From Anaerohalosphaeraceae bacterium (GTDB taxonomy: Bacteria > Planctomycetota > Phycisphaerae > Sedimentisphaerales > Anaerohalosphaeraceae), in NCBI GenBank assembly GCA_050309605.1, contig JBNRMN010000073.1:1-64000 (forward strand): a stretch of DNA of 64,000 nt, given 5' to 3'. This document shows, one piece after another, positions 9,460 through 20,460 of this stretch. The notes beneath the pieces were generated by a model. It did no database searches. It was not told the origin of the DNA and saw only the letters and a list, made by a program, of their open reading frames with translations. Position 1 is the stretch's first letter, and every line of letters begins with the position of its first letter. Made by a program: the position numbers and the translations under genes.

Positions 9460-10797
9460 ATGGGATTTATAAAGGCTTTTCTGAAGAAATATTCAGCGCT
9501 GCTGCCGCCGATCGGTTTGCTGCTTTTTGCCCTGCTTCTGCTGCCGCCGACATTGTGGGTCGGCGGAAAAGTCAAAGCCCAGATGGCCCAAAGCGTTAGT
9601 CAGGCTCAGACGATTCGTTCGTTGATGGCGGATGTCCCGCCGCGCGGCACGCCAGCACAAATACAAGACTATATGGATCGGCTGGACAATGAGGTGACGC
9701 AGATCGATGCGTTGATTGAGCAGAGCAGCCAGCGAGAACTGATTGCTTACAATATATTTCCCGAACCGAAGGATACCTCCTCACAGATTTTTGTGGAATA
9801 CGGCAAACGGTATATGGACGCCGTTGATACCATGCTCACATCGCTGAACGCACTGGATGCGCCCAGTGAAGCTGAAATTCGCGCTCGCACCGGAACGGGA
9901 CGGACGGCCACCCCCGCAGTGCGCGGCGGAATGGACTTCTACAACCAAACCGGCTCTCGTCGCCCGGCGGCACAGGACCCGATGGTCGATGCCTTATGCA
10001 TCGCCCGAGCGGAAAGCATCTCCGTTTACGCCAATCCCACAGTGTTTGCCTGGCACGATTTCTGGAAGGATTTTAAGTTTGAGGGGACGGAATCGGCACT
10101 CAGAGACTGCTGGAATTCCCAGATTGCGTTGTGGATTTATGAGGATATCGCCAAGAGTATTGAGGCCATGAATGTCGGCTCCGAGAAGGTATCCGCCTCA
10201 CCGGTCAAACGCTTGCTGGGAGTCAGTTTCACCGGGCCGGTACAGGTTGGCGACGCCCGGCAAGGTGCGATGTATCGGGAAATGATGGGCGGACGAGCCG
10301 GTCAAACGAGCGGGCGCGATAACCCGAATTATGTCACGGCGACCTTGCCCAGTATGTTTATGGACAAACCCTGGACCGGCAGAATCGGAGGGCCGGATAA
10401 CGATGTTATTCATTTTGCGGTCTCGGTCATTATCGACAACCGCTATGTGCTGGCTTTTATGCGGGAGCTGTGCAGTGAAAAGGAGCACACCTTTTATGAA
10501 AACTTCGATCCGAGCGGTCGTTTGAATCGGTCCCGCCACAATCAGATTTCGATTTTGCACAACGCCGTCCATGTCGTGGACAAGGACAGCGCTTTACACG
10601 AATTGTATCGTTACGGCAGCGGCGCTGTGATGCGACTCGATTTGGTGTGTGAATATCTGCTGAGTCGCAAAGGGTATGACAGCATCAAACCGGAACCGAT
10701 TAAGAAGTATCTTGGTCAGCTTGATGAACAGCAGACCGACACCGGCGGAACGATGCCCGGTGCGCCGGCCGGTCGTGGGGGCTTCTCGGATTTCTGA
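9460..10797 (+). CDS. Membrane-anchored hypothetical protein (PilO-like position in the pilM operon)
   Basis: GGAG RBS, 12 nt after pilM, single N-terminal TM followed by coiled coil. Confidence 0.75.
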   Translation: MGFIKAFLKKYSALLPPIGLLLFALLLLPPTLWVGGKVKAQMAQSVSQAQTIRSLMADVPPRGTPAQIQDYMDRLDNEVTQIDALIEQSSQRELIAYNIFPEPKDTSSQIFVEYGKRYMDAVDTMLTSLNALDAPSEAEIRARTGTGRTATPAVRGGMDFYNQTGSRRPAAQDPMVDALCIARAESISVYANPTVFAWHDFWKDFKFEGTESALRDCWNSQIALWIYEDIAKSIEAMNVGSEKVSASPVKRLLGVSFTGPVQVGDARQGAMYREMMGGRAGQTSGRDNPNYVTATLPSMFMDKPWTGRIGGPDNDVIHFAVSVIIDNRYVLAFMRELCSEKEHTFYENFDPSGRLNRSRHNQISILHNAVHVVDKDSALHELYRYGSGAVMRLDLVCEYLLSRKGYDSIKPEPIKKYLGQLDEQQTDTGGTMPGAPAGRGGFSDF

Positions 10798-10853
10798 GTG
10801 CCGAATGAACAACGGGATGACAGTTTAACAGATGCAATAATGGAAAGATCGGT

Positions 10854-12767
10854 ATGAGTAAGAAAAAAAATATACAGGCGGTTCTTGAGGCTCATGTGGA
10901 CAAGATTATCCTCGGTCTGATAGGGCTGATCGGATTATATCTGCTGTGGGCATTTGTGATCAGCAACCCTTACGGAGCGACGGTACAGGGCAGAAAAGTC
11001 GGCCCCGGCCAAATTGATCAATTCAATCGACAGCAAGCCCGTATGCTTGAAGAGGCGCTGGACAGATCCGCCGAACCGATCGCTTATGATCTGCGGATTA
11101 GTGCTGAATTTGAAGACATTTTGAGAACGTCGCTGCCTCAGCTTGCCATTGATCTTTCCGTTCCCTATCCCGGCATCGGCGAACAGGTCTTTGACGACGA
11201 TCGTGTGTATCCGATTCCCGATGTGGCGCCGCCGACTGAGGTACGGGTGGCCTGGGTGCGCGGGGCCGTTCACAAACCGACCGAAGAAGTCGGTCCGGAT
11301 ACGCCGTACGAGGTGGTTCAGACGGAGTTGGGGGATTTGGACTTTGTAACCGTCTCGGCGCGTATCGATGTGCAAACATTGTACCGCAACTTTCAGCAGG
11401 CCTTTATGGGGCCGCGCCTCAATGCAGCGTGGCGCGAGCCGGCGTTTGCCAGGCCTGTTTTTGCCCGGGTGGAACTTCAGCGGCGCCAACAGCTTGATGA
11501 CGGAACGTGGAGTCAGTGGGCGACGCTGCCGCGTCCCCGCACCGATGCGTTCCGCAAGTTGATCGAACAAACCCCGCTGACGACTGAAGAGATGGAATTC
11601 GGCGGTGTGATGATGTGGCTCAAGCAATATGAAGAGCCGCGCGTTCAGGTCAGCTTATTGCAGCCGCCGGCTTACGATTTTGCGTCGTTGCAGACGGCCT
11701 GGCTGCCGCCCAGGTATCTGGACGAGGCGCAGGTCATTCTGAAGCGTCAGGAAGAAGAGTTGCGTCGCCAGGCGCGTGAAGAGCGGCTCCGTGCACGCAC
11801 CGACCGAGAAGACCTTGGCGGCGGGCGTGCGACCCCCCGCGACACCCGGACTCCGACACGGCCTCAGCCCCAGCGCGGGCGCGAAACCATGCCGGACATC
11901 CTGTCGCCGACCCAGCAGACGCGCACCGCCGCACAGCGGCGAGAACGGACGCTGGATGATATTATCCGGGATATGGAACGGGAACGCCTGACCGAACAAA
12001 CCCGTCTCGACAGTCTGCGTGAGCCGCTGCTGGTCTGGGCGCATGACGATACGGCTGAGCCGGATCGGACTTACCAGTACCGAATTCGTCTGGGTGTCTT
12101 TAATCCGATTGCCGGGCGCGATTGGTTTCGCCAGGACCAGCAGCAGTATAAAAATCAGGTGGTGTTGTGGAGCGGTTTTTCTGAACCGACGCAGACAGTC
12201 GCTGTCCCGAAGATGATGCATTTGTTCCCGCTGGAGGTGCTTGCCAGAGAGGATAACAAGGTCAAGGTAGATGTCGCGCGATATTACCTCGGTCAATGGC
12301 GCACCCAGGAATTCGAGGTCTTCCCCGGCCAGGTCATCGGCAAGAAGGTCGAGTACACACCGCCGACCTCTCCGACGATGCCGACGGCGCGGACGCTGAT
12401 GATGGACATGATGCCAATGGATATGATGATGGAAGGCAGAGGCGGCGGCATTGCCGGCGAGTCGCAGCCGCAGACGGTGGATTTCGCCACGCCCTATCTG
12501 TTTGTGGACATTGCTAATCGTATCGAGTGGCGCGGGACGACCCGCTCGGAATATTCCCAGATGCTCTGTTTTGGACCGGAAGAGACGTTTCTGGGCATGG
12601 CCATCGGCAGTGGTAACTGGCCGTCGGGGATGAGCCGCGAGTATCGAGAAATCAAAGACGCTGAGCAAAATGCTGTGCCGTTGAATATGAGTCGTACCCT
12701 GACACCGGGTGGTGGAATGATGCCTCGCGATCTCGGTCGAATGATGCCCCGTGATACTGGCGCTTAG
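10854..12767 (+). CDS. Membrane-anchored hypothetical protein, third gene of the pilM operon
   Basis: 637-aa ORF, N-terminal TM (HVDKIILG), FnIII-like 'DDTAEPDRTYQYRIRLGVFNP' segment, Met-rich tracts. Confidence 0.75.
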   Translation: MSKKKNIQAVLEAHVDKIILGLIGLIGLYLLWAFVISNPYGATVQGRKVGPGQIDQFNRQQARMLEEALDRSAEPIAYDLRISAEFEDILRTSLPQLAIDLSVPYPGIGEQVFDDDRVYPIPDVAPPTEVRVAWVRGAVHKPTEEVGPDTPYEVVQTELGDLDFVTVSARIDVQTLYRNFQQAFMGPRLNAAWREPAFARPVFARVELQRRQQLDDGTWSQWATLPRPRTDAFRKLIEQTPLTTEEMEFGGVMMWLKQYEEPRVQVSLLQPPAYDFASLQTAWLPPRYLDEAQVILKRQEEELRRQAREERLRARTDREDLGGGRATPRDTRTPTRPQPQRGRETMPDILSPTQQTRTAAQRRERTLDDIIRDMERERLTEQTRLDSLREPLLVWAHDDTAEPDRTYQYRIRLGVFNPIAGRDWFRQDQQQYKNQVVLWSGFSEPTQTVAVPKMMHLFPLEVLAREDNKVKVDVARYYLGQWRTQEFEVFPGQVIGKKVEYTPPTSPTMPTARTLMMDMMPMDMMMEGRGGGIAGESQPQTVDFATPYLFVDIANRIEWRGTTRSEYSQMLCFGPEETFLGMAIGSGNWPSGMSREYREIKDAEQNAVPLNMSRTLTPGGGMMPRDLGRMMPRDTGA

Positions 12768-12815
12768 CATCGGATCAGAGAGCAACGACCAAACGTATCA
12801 GGCCGGGGGGAGGCA

Positions 12816-15353
12816 CTATTGATTGTGCGGTTCTAATCCGCATGGAATGGACCGCAAGAGAAAGGGGGTACGTGTTGAGGGCGCGTTGCCTGTAAAGTGG
12901 AGGTCTATTTGAGCGGGCCGGCTGGGCAGAATATCAAAGAAGTTATCTGACAGAACCGCTTTTTCGGGCGGGGTGACCGAAACGTCCCGCAGCAGCGTTT
13001 GTGAAGTGATGCACATACGCTGACGGAACGGGTCGATGGGATGGACTTGCACATCCAAATGAGCAGTCGGCCAATCGATGAATTTGTCCGGAAGATAAAA
13101 AAAACGGTTTTCGGCGATCACGCCCGATGCGGTTTCAATCTCAAGCTGCAAGACGCAGCGATTCGGCGCAGCCGGCGACGCCAGGGCGCGCGGCAGGGCG
13201 CGCGGCGGCGACTTGGAAAACGGTCCAATCGCGATGGGATAGTCGATGTGGTCCAGGCATCGCCCGTAAAAATCCATACACCGGCAGCGCACCTTGCCCG
13301 TCAGCGGCAGTGCGGTGTCGTTGACAACCACCACGCCATTGCCTTGGAGATGACCGGTCAGATAGGCATTTTTGTCCGTTTCGAGCGTGACCAGAACAGG
13401 GGCGAAAAAACGTCGGGCGTAATAGTAGAGGGCCTTGGGACAGCCGGCATAGTCAATCGCGGAAAACCCCGCTGCCGCCGCACAGTCATTGGCGGTCCAA
13501 AACAGCAGGCCGCCGTTGATGTGATTGTTGGCGCGTAGATGCTCTGCGCAGAGTTTTATCGCGCGGGCCTGAGCCAGTTGGGTCTGCTCGATCTGAGCAT
13601 CGGGGGTGTGCGGCGGACGAAATAAATCGGCGCCGTACCGGGCCAATCGTGCATGGCCTCCGTCCTGATAATTATGTTTTTCGATGGCCGCCGAGCCGCA
13701 ATAAAAACGATGGGGGGGGCAAATCCGTTCGAGACACTCCCGTCCCGGCAGCGATTGCAGTCCGAACTCGGCCAAAAAACGAGGAAGCTCCGTCGCGTCG
13801 AATAGATAATCACTCGTCGGCGCAAAATCATTCCAGACCCGCCAATTATGAGACGTGCTGTCAGTCGGCACATCGTGTTCTTTGGCCTGTGCGTCCGAGT
13901 CCGGCGTGGTAGGGGTATATTCCCGGTCGGGGTCCAGCTCGCCCAGCAGTTTCGGCAGCAGTTCATGATAAATCGCACGACCGTAGAATTTACGTCCCTG
14001 GCCCAAACGGCCGGTTTCGTGCAGATGGTCGATGCGGCTGTTTCCGCACCACAACGCCAGGCAGGCATAATTGCGCAGTCGCCGCACCACGGCCTGCGTT
14101 TCGGCCTGAACGCTGCTTAAAAACCACCGCCGATCCGGATAATAGGCGCTGGCAAATGCGAAATCCTGCCAGACAAGAATCCCCAGTTTGTCGCACAGCC
14201 GATAAAAGATGTCGTCTTCATAGTATCCGCCGCCCCAGACACGCAGCATATTGAAATGCGCCTCCTTCAATTGGGTCAGCCGCTGTTTGTAATCGGCCGG
14301 GGTGAGTGAGCCGGGAAACATCGACAGCGGAATCCATGAAGCTCCTTTGATATAGACGGGTCGGTCGTTGACCTCAAAGCGAAACCCGCCGTCCGGGGCG
14401 TCTTTGCCCCGAAGAAGCCGAATGGTTCGTACGCCGACGTCGGCTGAGTGCGTATCCAGAGGCGTGCCGTCCCGATCGCACAGTGAAATCTCCAGGTGAT
14501 AGCAATGCGGCACCCCATAGCCGACCGGCTGCCAGAAAACAGGCCGTTCAATTCGGATCACGGCGGTATTCCGGCTCTCCTCGACCTCAAAATGCAGCGT
14601 CTGTTGCAGCATTTGCCCTGCGCCGCTGAGCGTGATTCGTCCGGTCAACGGCCCGGCCTGTCGAGAGGCGGCTCGCCGAACGGCAACCGCCACACGCACA
14701 TCGGCGTAATGTTCGTTGCAGTCAATGGTACGGATGTGAACGTCCTCGATGCGCGCCGTGTTCCAGGCTTCCAGCCGCACGGGACGATAAATGCCGCAAC
14801 CCGGCAGCGCCGGCCCCAGTACCGAGCCGAACTGATATTGAGCTTTGCGAATATAAGAACGCCGCGGATCGCCGTAGTGATGATCGCTCATCGCACCGTA
14901 TCGCTGAAGCAGCCGTTCGGCGTAAGCCGTTGCCGAAAGAAATTTCACCATCAGCGTGTTTCGCCCCGGATGCACACGATCCGAGACCGAAAAGCGATGC
15001 GGCATAAACATATTTTCCGTCTTGCCGATCAGTTTTTCGTTGAACCAGATGTGCGTTACCGTATCCAGTCCATCAAAAACCAGATCGACTTCGTCGCAGT
15101 TGCAAACGTCCTCAGCCAGGTCAACGTGTTTACGGTAAACCCATGCCCGTTGCGCGACCCAGCCAAAATCTTCGGGATTGGCCTCCAGATCAAACCGACT
15201 GAAACAGCCCGCCTCCATCAGACCGGTATAAATGGACGAAGGAACCGATACGGACATCCAGCGCCCTTCCTCCAGATCGCGCATCCGTCGCGCCGCTTCG
15301 GGATATTCTTTACATTCCCAGCTTCCGCCTAAATCCAGCGTCCTTTTTTTCAT
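12816..15353 (-). CDS. GH2 beta-mannosidase-like protein with degenerate active site
   Basis: LVFDGLDT, NMF.PH, RKAQYQFG, YIKGASWIP, NMLRVWGGGYYE, GILVWQDF, AEFGLQS. Acid/base motif reads WCGNSR. Confidence 0.85.
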   Translation of the reverse strand: MKKRTLDLGGSWECKEYPEAARRMRDLEEGRWMSVSVPSSIYTGLMEAGCFSRFDLEANPEDFGWVAQRAWVYRKHVDLAEDVCNCDEVDLVFDGLDTVTHIWFNEKLIGKTENMFMPHRFSVSDRVHPGRNTLMVKFLSATAYAERLLQRYGAMSDHHYGDPRRSYIRKAQYQFGSVLGPALPGCGIYRPVRLEAWNTARIEDVHIRTIDCNEHYADVRVAVAVRRAASRQAGPLTGRITLSGAGQMLQQTLHFEVEESRNTAVIRIERPVFWQPVGYGVPHCYHLEISLCDRDGTPLDTHSADVGVRTIRLLRGKDAPDGGFRFEVNDRPVYIKGASWIPLSMFPGSLTPADYKQRLTQLKEAHFNMLRVWGGGYYEDDIFYRLCDKLGILVWQDFAFASAYYPDRRWFLSSVQAETQAVVRRLRNYACLALWCGNSRIDHLHETGRLGQGRKFYGRAIYHELLPKLLGELDPDREYTPTTPDSDAQAKEHDVPTDSTSHNWRVWNDFAPTSDYLFDATELPRFLAEFGLQSLPGRECLERICPPHRFYCGSAAIEKHNYQDGGHARLARYGADLFRPPHTPDAQIEQTQLAQARAIKLCAEHLRANNHINGGLLFWTANDCAAAAGFSAIDYAGCPKALYYYARRFFAPVLVTLETDKNAYLTGHLQGNGVVVVNDTALPLTGKVRCRCMDFYGRCLDHIDYPIAIGPFSKSPPRALPRALASPAAPNRCVLQLEIETASGVIAENRFFYLPDKFIDWPTAHLDVQVHPIDPFRQRMCITSQTLLRDVSVTPPEKAVLSDNFFDILPSRPAQIDLHFTGNAPSTRTPFLLRSIPCGLEPHNQ

Positions 15354-15424
15354 GTTCAATAATCATTGTCTCAAGACAGCAAAGGAACCGATAACAGCCG
15401 AAGGGATTGACGAGCCGCCATCAC

Positions 15425-16072
15425 TCACAGCGGGCGTTCGGCAAAATCAGCGATCAGATTTTGAGAATGCTGATGCCACCGATCCGAGCCATGCCGCACA
15501 AAATAGTCAAACGATTCGTCGCCGGCCAGCCGACCGAGAACCGCTTTGCGCTGGTCTGGATTGTCAATCGTCTGGATTGCCCGCCGGCGCGCCTGCTCCA
15601 GTGCATCAACAAACTGCCCGTGTGCCTCGGTAATCAGTTCTTCCAGTTTCTTGCGAAGATGCCCCGCGTACGCCGGACAGTGGCCGTCGGTGCTGATGGC
15701 AATCTGCAAATCGCCGCGTTTGACGACCGCCGGCACAAAGAAATCGCACAATTCCGGCTGATCGACCACATTGCACAAGGTTTCCAGTTCCTGGCAGTCT
15801 GCAAAAATTCGCCGGTTCAATTCCATATCCTCAGTTGCGGCAATGACGATTGTCGCACCGACCAGATACGCTTTCTCATAGGGGCTAAGCACCAGTTCCA
15901 CGCGCGGCAGATGAAACGCCTCTTCCAGAATGGGCTGCACCTGCTCGGCCACGACCGTCACACGCGCCCCGGCCTCCTGGAGCGACTGCACCTTGCGAGC
16001 CGCGACCGGCCCGGCACCAATGACCACCGCACGACGTCCATTCATTTCGAGATAGATGGGGTATTTTGCCAT
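15425..16072 (-). CDS. Precorrin-2 dehydrogenase / sirohydrochlorin ferrochelatase (CysG N-terminal/SirC/Met8 family)
   Basis: YPIYL, GAGPVAARK, AAT, NVVDQPELCDFFVPAVV, IAISTDG.CP motifs. Confidence 0.9.
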   Translation of the reverse strand: MAKYPIYLEMNGRRAVVIGAGPVAARKVQSLQEAGARVTVVAEQVQPILEEAFHLPRVELVLSPYEKAYLVGATIVIAATEDMELNRRIFADCQELETLCNVVDQPELCDFFVPAVVKRGDLQIAISTDGHCPAYAGHLRKKLEELITEAHGQFVDALEQARRRAIQTIDNPDQRKAVLGRLAGDESFDYFVRHGSDRWHQHSQNLIADFAERPL

Positions 16073-16220
16073 AACCATAGTCTATCACATTTAATGTCCG
16101 TTGACAATTTTATTATCTTTGGACTTACTATACACGAAATAAAGCCATTCGGTGTATCCGTTCGAACCTACCGGCAACCGTTGTCTAATCAGTGCGGCAG
16201 TTGGAATTGAGGCCGGCCTA

Positions 16221-17063
16221 TCAATTGTCGGTCAGGGATTTGTACCAGACGTTCATACTTTCGATTCGGCCGCAGATGTTGGTGTTATTGGTCAGCGTAC
16301 CGGCAAACTGGTAGCCGTGTTTGGCAAACGTGATATTCATCCCCGCTGACAGCGCCCGGGCGATGGTATAGCCGGTTTTGATGCCGCGGTCGCGCATATG
16401 CTGTTCCATCGTATCCAATAACTGTTGAGCCAGTCCCCGGCCGCGATAGTCCGGCAGAGTGGCAAAATCGGTCATTTCCGCGTTCTGGGCGGAGACATCC
16501 ATCTCCGCCGAACCGGCCGCGACAAGACGCTCTTGATCAAAAGCCCCGAAATACTGCACATGCGAGGCCATCGTCTCCCGCAGATAGTCCGGCTCATGAA
16601 TCGGAAACGGATAGCTCTCAAAAACCTGTTGATACACCTCTGCCAGTGCCTCGACGTCGTCTTCTTCCGCCGGGCGGATGGTCAGCGGTATGGCAGCCTG
16701 GTTTGTTTCGGGCAGGGCAGCCTTTGTTTCGGCCAGATCGATTATATCTTCGATTTTCTTTTGCGCCGGGTCAAGCTCACGCTGCGGGTCAATGTATTTG
16801 GCCAAAAAGACGCCGTCTGTGTCGCCGTGATAGAAACAGGGCACCACCGCCTCCTCAACATAATCGTGTGCTTCAAACAGTCCTTTGACCTGAAGCGGTG
16901 CTTTGGCAAAAATCTTGGAATAGTCCCGCTGCTCGGCCAGCGCATCGAGCTTGCCCAGCAGATCGGGCAAGTCCTGACCGCTGAGCTTCATCAGGTAAAT
17001 CCGGTCGCTGATCGGCCCGTGCTGAACCAGTGAATGATCAATTTTTTCAATCGTGTCAAACAT
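16221..17063 (-). CDS. ablB: Beta-lysine N6-acetyltransferase
   Basis: [82 protein letters not shown]. Confidence 0.9.
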   Translation of the reverse strand: MFDTIEKIDHSLVQHGPISDRIYLMKLSGQDLPDLLGKLDALAEQRDYSKIFAKAPLQVKGLFEAHDYVEEAVVPCFYHGDTDGVFLAKYIDPQRELDPAQKKIEDIIDLAETKAALPETNQAAIPLTIRPAEEDDVEALAEVYQQVFESYPFPIHEPDYLRETMASHVQYFGAFDQERLVAAGSAEMDVSAQNAEMTDFATLPDYRGRGLAQQLLDTMEQHMRDRGIKTGYTIARALSAGMNITFAKHGYQFAGTLTNNTNICGRIESMNVWYKSLTDN

Positions 17064-18528
17064 CTTGATCTCCGCAGTGGTCTGTGGTTTTCGGATTTTT
17101 GAAAATGATGGATCCGAGGACAAATACAACGGCTGACAGTCCCATACCGAATACGACCGGATCCAACTCATACGGCAGCGGCAAACCGTCGTCCAAATGG
17201 GTTTGCAGTCCGATCAGCACCAGTGTCAATCCGCCGCCGGTGATCATTGCCAGCAACGCGCCGACGGAACTGGCGCCGCGCCAGAAATAAGCCCCCAGCG
17301 TCGGCACAAACAGCCCCGACACCAAAAAAGCGTAAGCGTACAAAATCGCGTCCAGGACCGTTTGAAACCGTCCTGCCAGTATCACAGCGATAATGCCCAG
17401 TGCCAGCGTAACCGCCTGCGAAAGCCGAACAATCTGTTTATGCGAGGCTCGAGGCATCAAATACCGCTGGATTAAGTCATTGACCAGATTGCCCGATGAG
17501 GCCATCAGGCAACTGTCGGCCGTGGACATAATAGCAGAAAAATAGGCCGCCGCGACAATGCCGGTGATCCCCACCGGCAGGATGTCGTTAATCAGCATCG
17601 GCAGGCCGCGTTCCCGGTCGGCAATATCCAGCTCCGGATACAGCGCCCGCGCACACATCCCCAAGAATACCCCCATAAACGCCATCACGGGATATTCAAA
17701 CAGCCCGGCGATATACCATGCTTTGCGCGCCTCTTTGACGCCTTTGCACGAAAACATCTGCTGATACAGCGTCATCCCGACCAGCCAGATCGGCACAATG
17801 GTGACAAACCAGTTGATAAACGTCACCGGTTTGATATGGGTCAGTGAAAAGAAGTTCGGCGGCAGCGCTTCGCGCAGTGCATCGATGCCGCCGATTTCAC
17901 GCACCGCCAAAGGAATTGCCAAAAAAATCAAGCCGAACAGCAAAATAAGCCATTGCACAAAGTCGGTATAAATAACCGCCTTGATGCCGCCCATGACCGT
18001 ATAAATGACGATAATGGCCCCCATCGCACAGAGTGCAAACGTAAATGAGTCCATTCCGAACGGCGCCACATTGCGCAGGGCCGTTTCCGAGGCCAGCTTG
18101 GCCCCGGCCAGAATTTGTCCGCCGGTAAACAGCAGATACCCGCCGCCGGAAATCAGCGCTGCCAGCAGTGCTACCCGACCATCGTACCGCTGTCGAAGAA
18201 AATCCGGATACGTCAGCATCTGATGCTTGACGTCCAGTTTCTTGATCCGCGGAATAATAAACACCGCGCTGAGCCACGCCCCGGCAAGTCCCGTAAACAG
18301 CAGCCAGCTTCCCGACAGGCCCATCAGGAATCCAACGCCGCCCAGTCCGATGGAAAACCCGCCCCCCACATCGGTGGCAACAATCGACAGGCCCAGCACC
18401 GTCGGCGGAATTCGCCGCCCACCGACATAATAGTCGTCGGCGCAGCGGTTGCGTCGGAAATGGTAGTAACCGATTCCCAGCAATCCCGCCATATACAGGA
18501 TAAACAAGATGTAATCGAATGGATGCAT
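17056..18528 (-). CDS. Sodium:solute symporter (SSS family)
   Basis: About 13 TM helices; [33 protein letters not shown]. Confidence 0.92.
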   Translation of the reverse strand: MHPFDYILFILYMAGLLGIGYYHFRRNRCADDYYVGGRRIPPTVLGLSIVATDVGGGFSIGLGGVGFLMGLSGSWLLFTGLAGAWLSAVFIIPRIKKLDVKHQMLTYPDFLRQRYDGRVALLAALISGGGYLLFTGGQILAGAKLASETALRNVAPFGMDSFTFALCAMGAIIVIYTVMGGIKAVIYTDFVQWLILLFGLIFLAIPLAVREIGGIDALREALPPNFFSLTHIKPVTFINWFVTIVPIWLVGMTLYQQMFSCKGVKEARKAWYIAGLFEYPVMAFMGVFLGMCARALYPELDIADRERGLPMLINDILPVGITGIVAAAYFSAIMSTADSCLMASSGNLVNDLIQRYLMPRASHKQIVRLSQAVTLALGIIAVILAGRFQTVLDAILYAYAFLVSGLFVPTLGAYFWRGASSVGALLAMITGGGLTLVLIGLQTHLDDGLPLPYELDPVVFGMGLSAVVFVLGSIIFKNPKTTDHCGDQDV

Positions 18529-18534
18529 TGGAGT

Positions 18535-19848
18535 TTATTGACCGTTGCGCCGCTGATGCCGTTCGTTGGAGGCCGGAACCAGCGATATTGCCTTATCGTA
18601 GTCGGCCAGCAGTTTGTGAATGCCCACTGCCTTCCACTCGTCGGCGCCTTCCAGCTTGAGCGTCAAATGGCAGTTTGAGCAATTTCGATCGCAAAAATAC
18701 TTCGCGTAAGAATCCGGCTCCTGATACGTCGTGATAACCCCCTCAAAGTTGCGCAAAATCACCTTATTGGTGGACCAGCTCACAATGTAGTTGGGCAGGA
18801 CGGGAATTTTGCCCCCGCCGCCGGGCGCATCTACCACATAAGTCGGACGGGCAAAACCGCTCGTATGGCCGATCAGGCTTTCCATGATCTCGATGCCCTT
18901 GCCGATAGGCGTGCGGAAATGGGCCAGTCCCTCGGATAAATCGCACTGATACAGATAATACGGACGCACACGATTGATCACCAGCTTATGCATCAGAGAT
19001 TTAATAATCCGCGGGCAGTCGTTCACGCCTGCCAGCAGGACCGATTGATTGCCCAGCGGGATACCCGCATCGGCCAGTTTGGCCAGCGCCTCGGATGACG
19101 AGCGGGTGATCTCACGCGGGTGATTGAAATGCGTATTCAGCCACAGCGGATGGTGCTTTTTGAGCATTTGAACCAGATCGTCCGTGATGCGATAGGGCAG
19201 TACCACCGGCATACGTGAACCGATACGAATGATTTCCAGATGCTCAATCGACCGAAGCTCGGTCAAAATCCAGTCCAGATACTCATCCGAGAGCATCAGC
19301 GGATCGCCGCCGCTGAGCAGCACATCCCGCACCCGAGGCGTGTTGCGGATATAGTCGATGCCGGCCTGGATGGTCTCTTTATCGGGGATAAAATCCACGT
19401 CCCCGACCCGGCGTTTGCGTGTGCAATGGCGGCAGTACATCGAGCAGATGTTGCTGACCAGAAACAGCACGCGATCCGGATACCGATGTGTAATGCCCGG
19501 CGCCGGACTGTCTTTGTCCTCGCTGAGCGGATCGGCCATTTCGCTGGTGCAGGTGTCCAGTTCATAGGGCATCGGAAACGCCTGCTTGAAAACCGGATCA
19601 TTCTGCATCTCTTCAATATCGATCAGCGACAGATAGTACGGCGTAATGGCAATCGGGAACCGCGCGGCGGTTTCCTCGATCTGACGCCGCTCCTCCGGCT
19701 CAAATTCGACGCCAAGCAAATTTTCAAACGTTTCAATATCGCGTATCTGGTGGCGAAGCTGCCACTTCCAGTCGCGCCATTGGCTGATACCGGCCGGATC
19801 ATCAATTTTGCCGAATATGTCTTTTTGGCGTTTCGTAAGATGTATCAT
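18535..19848 (-). CDS. ablA: Lysine 2,3-aminomutase
   Basis: [58 protein letters not shown] (PLP Lys), C-terminal CDRNCSNC. Confidence 0.94.
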   Translation of the reverse strand: MIHLTKRQKDIFGKIDDPAGISQWRDWKWQLRHQIRDIETFENLLGVEFEPEERRQIEETAARFPIAITPYYLSLIDIEEMQNDPVFKQAFPMPYELDTCTSEMADPLSEDKDSPAPGITHRYPDRVLFLVSNICSMYCRHCTRKRRVGDVDFIPDKETIQAGIDYIRNTPRVRDVLLSGGDPLMLSDEYLDWILTELRSIEHLEIIRIGSRMPVVLPYRITDDLVQMLKKHHPLWLNTHFNHPREITRSSSEALAKLADAGIPLGNQSVLLAGVNDCPRIIKSLMHKLVINRVRPYYLYQCDLSEGLAHFRTPIGKGIEIMESLIGHTSGFARPTYVVDAPGGGGKIPVLPNYIVSWSTNKVILRNFEGVITTYQEPDSYAKYFCDRNCSNCHLTLKLEGADEWKAVGIHKLLADYDKAISLVPASNERHQRRNGQ

Positions 19849-19911
19849 ACTATCTCTCCTGTCAAAGGATTTTAAGATTGAAACTGCACAACTTAACAAC
19901 AAACCGTTGAC

Positions 19912-20400
19912 TTAACGGTCAGCAAGGGCGTCGAGTGCCATCAACTCAACCACGGTATCCAGTGCGCGGGCGATGGCAATCTGTTCCGATTCCGGCAGAG
20001 CAGCCAGACGCTCGGCAAAAGCCTGATGCAGCAATTTGTGTGCATTGCCCACAAGCTCAATGCCAAGCGATGTCGGCTCAAGCCAGACTTTGCGGCGATC
20101 GTCGCGGTCGCGACGCCGCTGAATCAGCGATTTGGCCTCCAGTCGGTCGATAATACCGTTAACTGTCCCGCCGCTGAGACTCAACTGCTTGCTGACGCCG
20201 GACAGCGTAGTCGGCGAATTCTTTGAGATATAATAGAGGCACAAAAGCTGCGGCCCCGTGATGTTGTAGTCCACTGCCAGCTTGCGCGAATGCGTGTCCA
20301 TGGCGTGAGCGATTCGACGCAGCGCAAGCAGAATACGGTAGCCGACGCCAACATAAAAATCATCACCAGTCAACAATATCTGTTTTTCTGTGTTTATCAC
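19912..20400 (-). CDS. MarR-family regulator (EctR/CosR-like)
   Basis: ILLALRRI..A.D.HSRKL...ITGPQLLCL, winged helix DRLEAK.LI.R..DRR; first gene of the abl cluster. Confidence 0.88.
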   Translation of the reverse strand: MINTEKQILLTGDDFYVGVGYRILLALRRIAHAMDTHSRKLAVDYNITGPQLLCLYYISKNSPTTLSGVSKQLSLSGGTVNGIIDRLEAKSLIQRRRDRDDRRKVWLEPTSLGIELVGNAHKLLHQAFAERLAALPESEQIAIARALDTVVELMALDALADR

Positions 20401-20460
20401 GTTTTCCTAAAAATCTAATAATAGTTGAAAAAGCGGCGACAAATACTTCTAACAAGAAAC

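Noticed and set aside
7018..12785. Long antisense ORFs (7018-7917, 11655-12785; likewise 41568-42836, 42882-43982, 49622-50731, 50783-51817)
   Set aside because: Typical stop-poor shadows of GC-rich genes, with no RBS or motif support.
17056..17171. Possible SSS-AblB fusion or programmed frameshift (ablB frame open 108 nt upstream of its start)
   Set aside because: ablB has its own GGAG RBS and ATG at 17063, and the symporter ends normally after its last TM; simple translational coupling explains it.
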